From assembly GCF_009914755.1 (NCBI RefSeq), contig NC_060933.1: DNA of 64,000 nt; one strand, written 5' to 3'. A program made the position numbers and the translations under genes. Positions 28,556 to 44,086 of this stretch are shown in pieces. The DNA is from the human T2T-CHM13v2.0 reference genome, Homo sapiens. Under the pieces are notes generated by a model. That model was not told where the DNA came from and did no database searches. It saw only the letters and a list, made by a program, of their open reading frames with translations. Within the stretch, counting starts at the first letter, position 1, and each line of letters starts with the position of its first letter.

Positions 28556-29160
28556 TCATCTTCTTCTTCTTCTTCTTCTTCTTTTTTTTTTTTGAGACAG
28601 AGACTGGCTCTATCACCCAGGCTGGAGTGCAGTGGCACGATCTCCGCTTACTGCAAGCTCAGCCTCCCAGGTTCATGCCATTCTCCTGCCTCAGCCTCCT
28701 GAGTGGCTGGGACTACAGGCCCCTGCCACGACGCCCGGCTAATTTTTTTTGTATTTTTTTAGCAGAGACCATGTTAGCCAGGATGGTCTCGATCTCCTGA
28801 CCTCGTGACGCACCTGCCTCAGCCTCCCAAAGTGCTGGGATTACAGGTGTGAGCCACTGCGCCTGGCCTTTTTTTTTTTGAGACAGAGTTTCACTCTTGT
28901 TGCCCAGGCTAGAGTGCAATGGGGTGATGTTGGCTCAACACAACCTCCGCCTCCTGGATTCAAGTGATTCCCCTGCCTCAGCCCCCGAGTAGCTGGGATT
29001 ACAGGCATGCGCCACCATGCTGGGCTAATTTTGTATTTTTAGTAGAGATGGGGTTTCTCCATGTTGGTCAGGCTGGTCATGAACTCCCGGCCTCAGGTGA
29101 TCCGCCCACCTTGGCCTCCCAAAGTGCTGGGATTACATGCGTGAGCCACCGCACCCGGCC
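28556..29160 (-). mobile_element. Two tandem antisense Alus (AluY-like ~28581-28868; AluSp-like ~28869-29160) with (TTC)n tail
   Basis: Two consecutive Alu bodies, each starting with poly-T. Confidence 0.9.
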
Positions 29161-30149
29161 TCATCTACTTCTTTTAGATAACATTATTCAGTTCTGTCCA
29201 TTGAATGTTAACGTCAGTCCCCTGTCTGTGTACCAGGCCCTGTAGGATGCAGAGATGATCTGGACCACAGTCTCTCACCAATAATTATACAAGGCAAGAT
29301 GAGAGAAGTGCAGGACAGAACAAGGGACAAAGAGCTATGGGGCTATAGGGAAGGGAGATTTTAATTATGGGGCGGGGCAGATCATAGTGGGTTCTTAGTA
29401 GAGGTGATATCTGGTCTGGGCTTTGAAGAGTGAGTAGCATTATGATATAGTAGAAGTAGACGAGAGAATTCCATGCGGAGAGAGAGAGAGCAACATCGTG
29501 AAAGGCATAGAAGCAGGAACATGTGGTAAACCACTTGGGCCATAGTGAGTTGTCAAGTGGAGTGGAGTAGCTGAGAATCTCTGAATGCATGGAATGGTGG
29601 GTAAGGGTAGAAAGGTAGGCTGTACCACATCAGGAAGAGTTTTCAATATCAAACTCAGGAGAATTTTTTATCTTGTAGGCAATAGGGAGCCATTGAAGGT
29701 CTTTGAGCAAGGAAATTAATTACCTTATGTTTTCTACATTTTATAAAGATTATTTGGGAAGCAGTGTGGAAGTTGTATTTCTTGGGGAGAGACAGAAAGT
29801 AGGCAGAGCAGTTAAAGGAATGTTAAGGAACCAGAAAATGGTGCAGAGAACAGTAGTTAATGCACAGAAGGCACTCAGTACTTTTGTTGAATGAATAAAT
29901 AACGTTGAAGTAGTGAAAGGGTGTTAAGTCATTTTAGAGGACAGACTCTGCCTGACTCTCAAGTCTTTGCCTTTGGGCTACTTAGTGAGTGGTGACCAAC
30001 CACTTCCCAGTGAAAGGTGATACTGCAGGAAGGAGAAGGTGGTTGACTTGGCATTAGCTACCTGTATAAACAGCTGTGAGGGTCAGGGCACAAGTCTGGA
30101 CTGGAGGTGTAGATTTGGGAGTTATTAGAACTCAGTAAAGATCTAAAGC

Positions 30150-30870
30150 AAAAACTTCTGTCATCCATGACCCCTTAGTTCATTCCTACTTTACCCAGCC
30201 CGTCGGCAAAGTATATGCAGAATCTGGCCACTACTCACCCCCTCCACTGTTACCATCCTGGACCAAGACTCCTTCATCTCTTGCCTGGATTATTGTGGGA
30301 GTCTCTTATCCATCTTCCCTGCTTCCATCTCACCCCAGCAGCCAGTGATCCTGTTAAAAATGGGTGTGATTATGTCTTTCCTCTCTTCACATCCCCCCTG
30401 GAATCCTGATTTTCCTAACAGGAAATGCCAAAATTCTTACAGTAGCCCGTAAGGCCTTATATGACTTGGTCCCCTTAAACTCCTAACCTCCTGTTATGCT
30501 GTCCTCTCTCTCCTGCTGCAGCCAGGCTGCCTCTTTGCTGTTCTTTGAAGCCTCTAGGCACACTTGTGCCTTCCTTCAGGACTTTATTTAAATGTCACAT
30601 GCTCAGTGAGGCCTCCCCTGGGCACAGTGTCTAGAACTGCGGTCCCTGCTCAACACTTGCCATCCCTCTTCCTCATTTTATTTTCCCGATAACTCTCTTC
30701 CTCATTTCACCTACTGTATATTTTACATATATTTCTTGTTTATTCTTTGTCTTGCCCCACAGCGGGAAAGAGATCTTTGCCCTTTTGTTCACTGCATACC
30801 TCCAGTGTCCAGAACAGTGCCTGTAGTCATAGTAGGCACATGATAACTATTTATTGAATGCATGAGTGGA
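30150..30870 (+). mobile_element. L2 3' region
   Basis: tttgttcactgcatacctccagtgtccagaacagtgcctg...tatttattgaatg. Confidence 0.7.
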
Positions 30871-31118
30871 TGGAAGCAATTGATATCGTGGAGGGTGGAA
30901 GAGCAGAAGGTAACAGCTGGACATCTCCGTCCACTTCAGCTTGCTAGCCTTGGCCTGGAGGTAGGAGCATGTCAGACTTACTATGGTTTAAAATATATAT
31001 ATGTAAGATGTATAACATGATGTCTTGATATACATATACATAGTGAAATAATTTTTACGGTCAAATTAAGCAAGTTAACCTATCATCTCACATAGTGACC
31101 TTTTTGTGTGTGTGGTAA

Positions 31119-32942
31119 TGAGAGGTGACAGCGTGCTGGCAGTCCTCGCAGCCCTCCCTCGCTCTCGGCGCCTCCTCTGCCTGGGCTCCCACTTTGGCGG
31201 CACTTGAGGAGCCCTTCAGCCCGCCGCTGCACTGTGGGAGCCCCTTCCTGGGTTGGCTGAGGCCAGAGCCGGCTCCGGCTCCCTCAGCTTGCGGGGAGGT
31301 GTGGAAGGAGAGGCGTGGGCGGGAACCGGGGCTGCGCGTGGCGCTTGCGGGCCAGCGCGAGTTCCGGGTGGGCGTGGGGTCAGCGGGCCCTGCACTCGGA
31401 GCAGCCAGCCGGCCCCGCCGACCCGGGCTTAGCACCTGGGCCAGCAGCTGCTGTGCTCGACTTCTCGCCGGGCCTTAGCTGCCTCCCCGCAGGGCAGGGC
31501 TCCCGACCTGCAGCCCGCCATGGCTGAGCCTCCCCCTGCGGCCGTAGGCTCCTGCGCCACCCTAGCCTCCCTGAGGAGTGCCGCCCCCTGCTCCACGGCG
31601 CCCAGTCCCATCGACCACCCAAGGGCTGAGGAGTGTGGGCACACGGCGTGGGACTGGCAGGCAGCTCCACCTGCAGCCCCGGGACAGGATCCACTGTGTG
31701 AAGCCAACTGGGCTCCTGAGTCTGGTGGGGAACCTTTATGTCTAGCTAAGGGATTGTAAATACACCAATCGGCACTCTGTATCTAGCTCAAGGTTTCTAA
31801 ACACACCAATCAGCACCCTGTGTCTAGTTCAGGGTTTGTGAATGCATCAATTGACACTCTGTATCTAGCTACTCTGGTGGGGACTTGGAGAACCTTTATG
31901 TCTAGCTAAGGGATTGTAAATACACCAATCGGCACTCTGTATCTAGCTTAAGGTTTCTAAACACACCAATCAGCACCCTGTGTCTAGTTCAGGGTTTGTG
32001 ATTGCACCAATTGACACGCTGTATCTAGCTAATCTGGTGGGGACTTGGAGAACCTTTATGTCTAGCTCAGGGATTGTTAATACACCAATTGGCACTCTGT
32101 ATCTAGCTCAAGGTTTGTAAAGACACCAATCAGCACCCTGTGTCTAGCTCAGGGTTTGTGAATGCACCAATTGACACTGTATCTAGCTACTCTGGTGGCG
32201 ACATGGAGAACCTTTGTGTGGACACTCTGTATCTAGCTAATCTAAGGGGGAGGTGGATAACTTTTGTGTCTAGCTCAGGGATTGTAAAGGCACCAATCAG
32301 CACCGTGTCAAAACGGACCAATCAGCTCTCTGTAAAATGGACCAATCCGCTCTCTGTAAAATGGACCAATCAGCAGGATGTGGGTGGGGCCAGATAAGAG
32401 AATAAAAGCAGGCTGCCCGAGCTAGCAGTAGTAACCTGGTGGGGTCCCTTTTCCTTCTGTGGAAGCTTTGTTCTTTGGCTCTTTGCAATAAATCTTGCTG
32501 CTGCTCACTGGGTCCACACTGCACTTATGAGCTGTAACACTCACTGTGAAGGTCTGCAGGTTCACTCCTGTAAACCAGTGAGACCACAAACCCACCAGGA
32601 GGAACGAAGAACTCCAGACGAGCCGCTAAGACCTGTAACACTCACCGCGAAGGTCTGCAGCTTCACTCCTGAGCCAGCGAGACCACGAACCCACCAGAAG
32701 GAAGAAACTCTGGACACACCACCTTTAAGAACTGTAACACTCACCGCGAGGGTCCGCGGCTTCATTTTTGAAGTCAGTGAGACTAAGAACCCACCAGAAG
32801 GAAGAAACTCCCAACACATCCGAACATCAGAAGGAACAAACTCTGAACACACCGTCTTTAAGAACCGTAACATTCACCGCGAGAGTCCGCGGCTTCATTC
32901 TTGAAGTCAGTGAGACCAAGAACCCACCAATTTCAGGACACA
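31119..32942 (+). mobile_element. Solo LTR12 (ERV9/HERV9 LTR, LTR12C-like), complete
   Basis: Starts TGAGAGGTGACAGCGTGCTGGCAGTCC and ends CCACCAATTTCAGGACACA. GTAA TSD on both sides (31115-31118, 32943-32946). Has CCAAT-rich U3 repeats, an AATAAAA TATA-like box at ~32401, poly(A) signal 32487-32492 and U5 repeats. Confidence 0.95.
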
Positions 32943-33315
32943 GTAAGAGCACCTAAGATCTATTCTCTTGGCAAATACCCAGTATCCAACGCAATATTAT
33001 TAACGAGTCCTCATGCTGTACATTACAGCTCTAGACTTATTTTTTCTACGTATCTGTACGCGTTGACCTATATCTCCCCATTCTCCCCCATCTTGTCCTC
33101 TCCCCTCTTCTGGTAACCACCATTCCCCTCTGTTTCTATGTATTCAACTTTCTAAAAACAGATTCTACATACAAGCGAGGTCAAACAGTATTTGTCTTTC
33201 TGTATCTGACTTATTTAGTGGAACATCTTCCAGATTAATCCATGTCATTACAAATGGCAGTATCTCCTTTTCTAAAGCTGGATAGTGTCCCATTGTGTGT
33301 ACATCATTTTTTTAA

Positions 33316-33619
<304 letters not shown>

Positions 33620-34199
33620 ATATTTTTAATTTTAATGGGTACATAGTAAGTGTATGTATTTATGGGGTATATGAGATATTTCAATACAGGCATGCAATGT
33701 GTAATAATCACATCAGAGTAAATGGAGTATCCACCACAATTTTTTAACCCATTCACCCATTGAGTGAATGTTAGGTTAATTCTGTATCTTGGCTATTGTG
33801 AAAGCTGCTGCAATGGAAGTTCACCATCTCTATGAGATGCTGATTTCATTTTCTTTGGGTATATACCCAGAAGAGAGTTTACTGGGTCATATGGCAGTTC
33901 TAGTTTTAATTTTTTTGAGGAAACTCCATACTGTTTTCCATAATGCCTGCACTAATTTACATTCCCATCAACAGTGTGCAGAGGTTCCCTTTTCTCCACA
34001 CCCTCACCTACACTTGTTATCTCTTGTCTCTTTGATAACAGCCCTCCTAAGAGGTGGGAGGTGGTATCTCATTGTGGTTTTAATTTGCATTTCCCTGTTG
34101 ATTAGTGATGTTGAGCACCTTTCCTATATATCATGGCTATTTTATATGTCTTTGTTGGGAGAAATGTCCATTTAGGTCCTTTTGCCCATTTTAATTTAA

Positions 34200-34892
<693 letters not shown>

Positions 34893-36287
34893 TTAATCCC
34901 TTATCAGATATGTGGTTTGCAAATGTTTCCTCCCAATCTTTAGGCTGCCGATTCATTTTGTTGATTGTTTCCTTTGTTATGCAGAAGCTTTTTAACTTGA
35001 TGTAGTTCCACTTGTTTATTTTTGTTTTCATTGTCTATGCTTTTGGTGTGATACCCCAAAAAAATCATTGCCAAGGCCAGTGTCAAGGAGCTCTTCTTTC
35101 GTGTTTTTTTTCTAGGAGTTTTACAGCTTTGGGTCTTTCATTTAGGTCTTTGATTCATATTGAGTTGATTTTTGTGTCTGGTGTAAGGTCAGGGTCCAAT
35201 TTTATTATTTTCCATGTGAAAATCCAATTTTCCCAATATCATTTATTGAAAAGACTGTCCTTTCCCCATTGTGTGTTCTTGGTGCCCATGTTGAAAATTA
35301 GTTGACCATATATACTCGGGTTTATTTCTGGGCTCTATTCTTTCCGTTGGTCTATATGTCTGTTTTTATGCCAGAGCCATACTGTGTTGACTTGCTGTAC
35401 TTTTGAAGCACATGCATTCTGGGGTTCTGTTCCCAGATCTCTTAAATTGAGGAAGCAGAACATGACTCATCCCTGCCTTCCTGGCATCCGGAGGGGGCTC
35501 CAGGAAAGTTGTGGCATCCAGTTAGCCGCTTCCACGTGAGTCCCAGTCCTGCTGACATGTAAGCCTGTCCCCAGTGTCGCTGAGCCAGCTGCTGTTCTCT
35601 CCACATCAGGTACAACTAATCTTAGGAATCTCATTACGGGTCGAGAAATAATCCTCTATATCTAGATTAAAGTCTGTGTTTTGACCATTACCGCGCACTG
35701 AGCATTGAGCCAACAGTTTAATTGAGCTGTTTATGCCGCTGCCTTGATCTCTTCCCAGAGAATTTACAGCTAATTCCAAGTGTCTCTGTGAATTAAGTGG
35801 GCCTCTCCCAACATGCTTTGCCCGGTGTTTGCCTGTTTCAAATCCCACTTGTCCTTGTGTTACCCAATGATGGGCTCTCACTCACAGCTGTCTCTGACCC
35901 TGCCGCTTACAGCCCACTTCCTCCCTGAGGTGGCCATTAATGATATGGTCCCAGAATGGCCATAACCCAGGATAGCTTCTGTTAATACCTACAGCAATAG
36001 AAAGGGGGGTGGAGGTGAGGATGGGGTGGAGCAGAGAGGTCATAAATTATGACCTCAGTGACCCCTTTGAAATCACCTCCAGGTGACTAACAGTCACCTC
36101 TAGCAAGAGGGTACATGCCTTTAGCGAAGTTAAGTGTAATGGAAGCAAAGAGTTCCAGTCTGGGGTCAAGACTCCTGAGTTCTTACCTGACATCCTCTGT
36201 GATCTCTGGGGCTACAGTTTCCCTGTTTGCAAAACGGGAGCTGGCAGATCATTGTTTTCCATTCAGGATAGTAGAGGTGTCTTAGGA

Positions 36288-37016
36288 TAGGGCTGCCATA
36301 TTTAGAAAAAACAAAACAGGCTGGGCATGGTGGCTCATGCCTAGCACTTTGGAAAGCCAGGGCAAAGAGGATTGCTTGAGCCCAGCAATTGGAGACCACC
36401 CTGGGCAACATAGTGAGACCTGGTCTCTACAAAAAAATAAAATTATGCTGGGTGCTCATGCCTGTAATCCCAGCACTTTGGGAATCTGAGGCAGGCAGAT
36501 TGTTTGAGGTCAGGAGTTCAAGACCAGCCTGTCCAACATGGTGAAATCCTGTCTTTACAAAAAAAAACACAAAAATAAGCCAGGCGTGGTGGTGGGTATC
36601 TGTAACCCCAGCTACTTGGGAGGCTGAGGCAGGAGAATCGCTTGAACCCAGAGGTGGAGGTTGCAGTGAGCCAAGATCGCACCATGCACTCTGTCCTGGG
36701 TGACGACAGAGCAAGACTCCTAAAAAAAAAAAAATAAATAAATAAAAAAATTAGCTGGACATGGTTGTGCAAGCCTGTAGTCCCAGCTATTCAAGAGGCT
36801 GAGATGGGAGGATCACTTGAGCCTGGGAGGTTGAGGCTGCAGTGAGACATGATTGTGCCACTGCACTCTAGCTTGGGTGACAGAGGGAGACTCTGTCTCA
36901 AAAACAACAACAAAGGACATCCATGCAATAGTTGGGACATACTTATAGCTAATTCTTATTTATTTACCAGAAATCCAAGTATAACTGAATGCTGTATATT
37001 TTCTCTGGTGACCTTA
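36288..37016. mobile_element. MER53 split by AluJ (~36319-36913), itself split by AluS (~36446-36752)
   Basis: tagggctgccatatttag 5' end and ttgggacatacttata...ttttctctggtgacctta 3' end; AluJ left arm / full AluS / AluJ right arm in between. Confidence 0.8.
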
Positions 37017-38064
37017 CTCAAGGGGCTGTGTACGCAGGGCCCTGATCTACAGGTGGGTGCTAAGAGAGCAAATGAGTTGAATTGCTTTGTAGCGATGCAT
37101 CTTAATGGTCAAACTGCCTGCATCTGGCAAGTGCAGCATAGATTATGGAGGCTGCAAATCCACTGAGTGCAGTGGCTTTTTCAGTCCCAAACTTCAGACT
37201 GATAGCCGTCTTGAAGGCCACCACTGGAACCTGGGGCTTATTGGCAATAGGTCAAGTTAGGCCCATAAGAGTCAGAAGTACACAGGGGCATGTAGGGGCA
37301 GAAAGGTCTGGGTCAGAGAGCCTGAAGGTCTGGCAGAAGGATCTGTGGAGCTTGTAGGCAAGGAGGAAGTGAACGTGGGGAGAAAGGAAATCAGGCCTGG
37401 TCAGAGGACATCACAGGTCAGCCAGGTGCCAAGGAGTCCCCGTGTTCTAAGGGTGCCGGCAGAGAGAGAATATCTGCGGATATCTGCAGGGCTGGGTGGG
37501 CGGTCAGACCTTGAGGCTGTGCTTGCTTTGCTTCAGAAGCAAGTGGTGATCAAGAACACAGCAGTGTTTTTCTGCAACTGAGGAGGACTTAAATACTACG
37601 TGCCCACCAGCACCTTTAGGTTTTCTTCTATGGGGGATTAGCTTTGGGATTACCAGGTGCCCAGGATGTGTGATCCTCCTCTTCTTGAGAGAGGTCTGGA
37701 GACCAGGCAGCAGGGGCTGTGCATTATTTACTTCTGCCCACCCTGGTGGGTGGCCGAGTGCCTGCCAAGTGTTAGCCCCAGTGACTGTGTATGGGATTGA
37801 ATCCAACAGACATTCACTGAGTCACAGTTCTTAAATCTCAGTTATTACCTCCGGCCTTAAACCACACCACCATGTGTAAAAGGGCACCTTTATCTTTGTA
37901 GAATCATTGCAGACTCTCCTCCTGCTGGCTGTGTCCATCTCTCCCTCCCTTCCACATCTTCCTGCAGAGCATCCTGTCTGTGCACAGAAGTCCAGATGTT
38001 AGACCCACCCAGCTCCTGGACCTGGGCTTTGTATACTGACGGTAACAATTGAAACAAAAGACAT

Positions 38065-38367
<303 letters not shown>

Positions 38368-39555
38368 GACATAAAGGCATTAAACATTGAAACCACCAAG
38401 ATTAAATTTACCTGGGTTTACTTGTGAGTGACTTTATGTGCTAGGGTGCCAGGAAAACACCCTAAATCTGAAGAGTTTAATCCAATTTTCCTCTTTGTCA
38501 AACTAAACTTGGGTGTTCCTGAAAAGATGAAATATTACTTGAAGCCCTGCAGTTGGGAAAGTGGTTGATTTCTTCAGTGTTAAACCACACCAAAAAATGT
38601 TCTGATGCAATTTCCAGCCTCTCACTTTGGCTGTAATATTTAAAGGCAATTTTTAAAAGTCACTTTCCATGCATAATTTTCTCCCACTACACTTTGTTAT
38701 TTTTTTTTCTCGAATTGAAATGGTTACCATGCTGCCATCTGAGGCTTTGCTAAGTGGGATGCATTGGTCTTTGCCAGAGCCAAGAAAGAGTTAAAGTTGC
38801 AAATGGCCGTCTGTCATCTTTCTCAGTCTGGGGATGGGGGTGGATATCGCCCAATTGTCTGTCCTTTTCTTCCCCTCCCTAGGGCTGAGTGCGGGATATC
38901 AAGTCTCCTAAAATAGCTCAGACCCTGTGGGGAGATGCCTGCCCTGAGCAGGAGCTAGCTTGGCATGGAGGATTCTCAGAGTTGGAAGGGAATGTTCCTG
39001 GCCAAATGGTCTGATCTCTTGGGCTGGAAGAGAGAGGAAGGAGCTCAGTAACCTTCCAAACCAAACATCCACTAACAAGCTCTTTCAGGGCCCTCAGGGA
39101 ACCCAGATGACTGCTGTCATCTTCCTTCACCTAAGTGGCATCCGACAGAGCATCCACCCCCACAGAGTCCTCTGAGGCTGCTGGGCACAGTGCAGAGAGG
39201 CACTGGCAGATCTGGAGCAGAATCTAAGTGAGCATCTCCTCATTAGGATTTCTGGATCTCTTAGGATTTACAAGATACTATAGAATCATTGCGTATTGCA
39301 AATGTCTGAAGGAGAGAACTGTTGGTTTTTGTGGTTTTCCAGAGTCGTGGTGGGTGGAGGGGCTTCTTCTGCCCAGGCCTTCGAGCCCACTCTGATCCTT
39401 TCAGTCTTAAGATGCAATGATTGTTTGGGGGCTCTAGACTATGGACCTCCTCACTCCAAGGCTGGGCAGTGTCTCATTTGCACACTTTGAGTCAGGAGCT
39501 GGCGCAGGCCAGAGAGAAGCACTGCTTTCTTCCTAAGCCTCATGCTTTTATCTTT

Positions 39556-39898
<343 letters not shown>

Positions 39899-40759
39899 TG
39901 ACAGACATTTTTGTGGTAGGTATAGCCTTTGCATGTTATTATTAGGCACTCACCACAGGAATTTACTCCTCCAGTGGACCAGTTTTGCAATAAGGTAGCA
40001 CATCTCCCACAGCCACAGTGCAGGTCAGGGGCACTCAGACTCGACTGTGCCTCGGAGCCACATAGACATCAGTGTTAGCATGGACACTCCCATGGCCACT
40101 CCAGGGAAGCTGACTCAACAGAGCTGAGTGGGGCTCAGGAATCTGAGCCACAGCCGATTCTGTTGCCAATGGGCTGAGGGACCCCACTTTGAGAAACTCT
40201 GGTTTGTGTCTGAGTTCTCATCTGTGATATTAACCAGCAAATTGTGGGTGACAAAATCTGGGATGGAGGCATTTTTGACTTTTGGCTGGTCGATGTCCCC
40301 AGCCAAAAGTCTGACATTCAGAGGATTGGCCAGCCTGCATCACAGGTAGGCAGGCAGGCTGCAGTCAGTGTCCCTGCAGGGGCGTCACGTCTCCATTGTG
40401 TGCCCTGCAGGATCCATAGTTTTTCTTATTTATCCTGAGCTAATCTCCCTCAGTGCCCAGTTGAATGGATTCTGCAGATGAAATGGGGATTAGGAAGGAG
40501 GAAGGGAAGAGAACAAATATGAACAGTGAGAACACTGTGCTAGATGCTGAGCTCCCGGCTTCACACCGATTGTGTCTGACATCACCCCCACAGAAGCACA
40601 GTGGGTTGGCATTACTGCGCACTTCTCCAGCTGAGGGCTCAGAGGTCCCACGGCTAGGAAGTGGCAGACGCTTTGTTGCAAACTCAGGCATGTTCAACTT
40701 AAAGGCCTTCCTCTTTTTTCCTTTCTCTCCCTTGCAGGGGTGGGGCAATGGATACATTT

Positions 40760-41290
40760 AAGGTTTTTTCCCTCATTTTTATTTTGAAAAATTTCAGACT
40801 ATGGAAAGATTGTATGGTAACCCCCCTGGACCCTTTAATGGTTAGCATTCTGCCACATCTGCATTCTCTCTGTCTACCTTACCCAGCTACCTAACTAATT
40901 TTGCTAATCCATCTGAGAATTACTTGGGAACATTGTGTTGATTTACTTCTAAATATTTCAGTTTATCTCCAAGGAACAAGGGCATTTTCCCACAGAACCA
41001 TAATACAATGATTACACTTGGGAAATTTCACATCAATACATTACCATTTAACGGGTATCTGGCTTATTTTCCCAATTGTTTACAAAATGTTTCTTATAGT
41101 ATTTTTTTTTTTATTTAGGATTCAATCCAGGATCACTTACTGCATTTACTTGTCAAGTCTCTTGAGTCTCTTTTCATCTCAAAGAGTATTTCAGTCTTTT
41201 TTGTTTTTGGTCTTTTATAACATTGACGTTTTTTAAGGAGATCAGGCCAGTTGTTTTACAGAATATCTGTCAATTTGGATTTGACTGGTC
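40760..41290 (-). mobile_element. Old L1ME-like 3' fragment
   Basis: tttattttgaaaaatttcagac, aagggcattttcccacagaaccataatacaat. Confidence 0.55.
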
Positions 41291-42019
41291 ATTCCCTCTT
41301 AAGAGCTTCATGTCAGGGGGACAGAGGCTCTACTCTTCTGATTATCTGCCACTGCCTCTTACCAGGTGAGGATGGAGCGTGGCTGTTTGTTGTTAAAAGG
41401 CCCGGAGTGGGAAAAAAAGCAGCCCAGTTTGGTGGGATGAATGTACGCTGTGAAGGGCAGCAGAGGAGAGCTCAAGTTCTGGCTCATGTCCCTGGCCGAT
41501 TGACCTTGAGCCTATCAAAGAATATTCCTAGAACCTGGTTTTCCTCTTTGTAAATATAGATGGTTTTGGCCTTGCAGGATTATAACAAATATAAGTAAAG
41601 AACCTAGCACGTCACCTGATGCATAATCATAACTTCATAAATGGCAGCCACTATTAAGTCCTTAATTACAATATACCAAAATATCCTGCTTTTTCTTCCA
41701 ACACACCTGTCAAATACACCCTTTTCTGTACTTTCCCATTTCCCCATTCTAGGGCACTTCTATTGCTACTGCCTCCTTTCTGTTGCCCTCATCCTTATCT
41801 GTCCCATACATGCCACCATGGGTTGTCCTAAAATGTGGCCCTTGTCATCATATTCACCTGGCTTCCTTTTTCCCCAGCACATCGAGTCTGTCTGGCACTC
41901 AGCACCCTTCATGGTCTTACCTCGTCCCCTACCTGAACATTTCTTCGACTATTTGCTCTTGATTTGGCTCCTAGGATTTTCTCCCTGACTTCCCTCATTC
42001 CCCATACTCCCACACAAGG

Positions 42020-42865
42020 TGCATGCATAAATCACCTGGGGTATAGTCACAAACAGAAACCACTCTAGGCCTTCCATGTGGAAAGGGATTTAATGAAGGC
42101 AATCAGGTGCTTGGAAAATCTGGACAAACAAAACTCAAAAGACAGTCTGGACAAGCCAAGGTCAAGGAAGGCCACTGGTTTTGTCACTAGCTTTCACAGA
42201 TAGGGAATTTGAAGGAACTCGGAAAACTACTAGGGATGATCTCAGTTGCCTCCAATCCCAAGGCCTGAGATTTTCAGGAAAGTACCTAGAAGCTGCTGGA
42301 AAATGCCATGTCTGCCTAAGCCCAAAGTTTGACATTGCCAGAGGGGCAAAAATCTGGCTTCTGCCTTCTTTCTACCTTCTAGATCTTGGCAAGTGCTTCT
42401 CATGGGTGTTTTTCGATGCAGGACTCTGAAGACAGGGATTCTGGAACATGTAGTTCCCAGGCTTCTAGCTCCTGTGATCCAGGGGAGAGAAGAGAAGTGG
42501 GGTGCTGGTCAAGGAAAGGCTTTCCTTGGAGACAAGTGGAGAAGACATTTTCTTACTATTTCTTAGGGTCACAGCTGGAAGGATGTGAAACTGGTTGCCT
42601 TGGAAGCCATTATCCCTGACACTTAGAGGAAGCCCAGCTGTGGGAGGAGAGAATGAGGCCCCCAAACAGTGAAAAGCAGAGCAAAAGACAGAGCTGAAAA
42701 AGAGAGCACACTGATTATATTGTGCCAGCCCTGGATTTGAAGGCTTACTTTATGCAGTGTTCTCCATGTCCTTCTCAGTTATATCCATCCATACATTTCT
42801 TTTTCACTGTAGCTAATTTCAGTTAGATTTCTGTTACTTGCAGCCAAGAGGGTCTTAATGAATAG
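42020..42865. mobile_element. Degraded MLT1-family LTR fragments
   Basis: aacagaaaccactctagg...gggattctggaacatgtagttc; tttctgttacttgcagccaagagggtcttaatgaata. Confidence 0.5.
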
Positions 42866-42973
42866 CAGAAGGGAGAGCATGTAAACATTGCAGAGTCAGA
42901 GTGTGGTGTGTGCTTTGCAAAAAGAACTAACAAAGGAATCTGAGCACCTAGAGAAGATAATAAGAAAGAGTTC

Positions 42974-43558
<585 letters not shown>

Positions 43559-44067
43559 GTTAGTTATTGCTTCTCATGGGTTTTGTTTTCTTCCAGAATT
43601 CTCTTCTTCCTTTCCTTCTGTTTTCAAAAGACTTCCTGTCTCCCAAAGACCAATTTGATTATTTTCTCGCTGGGACCTCCACAGCTACATTACCCCATTT
43701 CTTAATTCTTGAAGTTCTTGGCACAGTCTAATTTGAACCACAAATTATTAAATTTTTGATGAGTGCTTCAGCTGCCCTTTATTGGCTGTAACTTCCCGCC
43801 ATGGACTGCATCCTCATCCACAGATTGATCGCCTTTGACTGGTGCTCAAGAATCCTTGGGAGTTGATGGACTGATGAATCAAACGGGGAGTCTGAGGCTG
43901 CCATGGACAATTAAATGGGAGAGCAGGAGTGGAGAAGAGTTAGTGCTGCCCAAGTAACGGTCATCCAGGAATAAGGAAGCCTTTTGAGAAATAATAATCA
44001 AGCTGGCTCAAATGCACTTGGCACACATGGGGTGGACCCTGAGTCCCAGGTGGTGCACCTCTCCGAG

Positions 44068-44086
44068 TGGCCACAAGGGGGCGAGA
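44068..44086 (+). promoter_or_regulatory. Candidate CTCF site
   Basis: TGGCCACAAGGGGGCGAGA versus consensus TGGCCACCAGGGGGCGC; unique-looking context. Confidence 0.6.

Noticed and set aside
31720-32940. Regularly spaced repeats superficially like a CRISPR array
   Set aside because: The 'spacers' are themselves repeated; these are normal LTR12 U3/U5 tandem repeats in a human genome.
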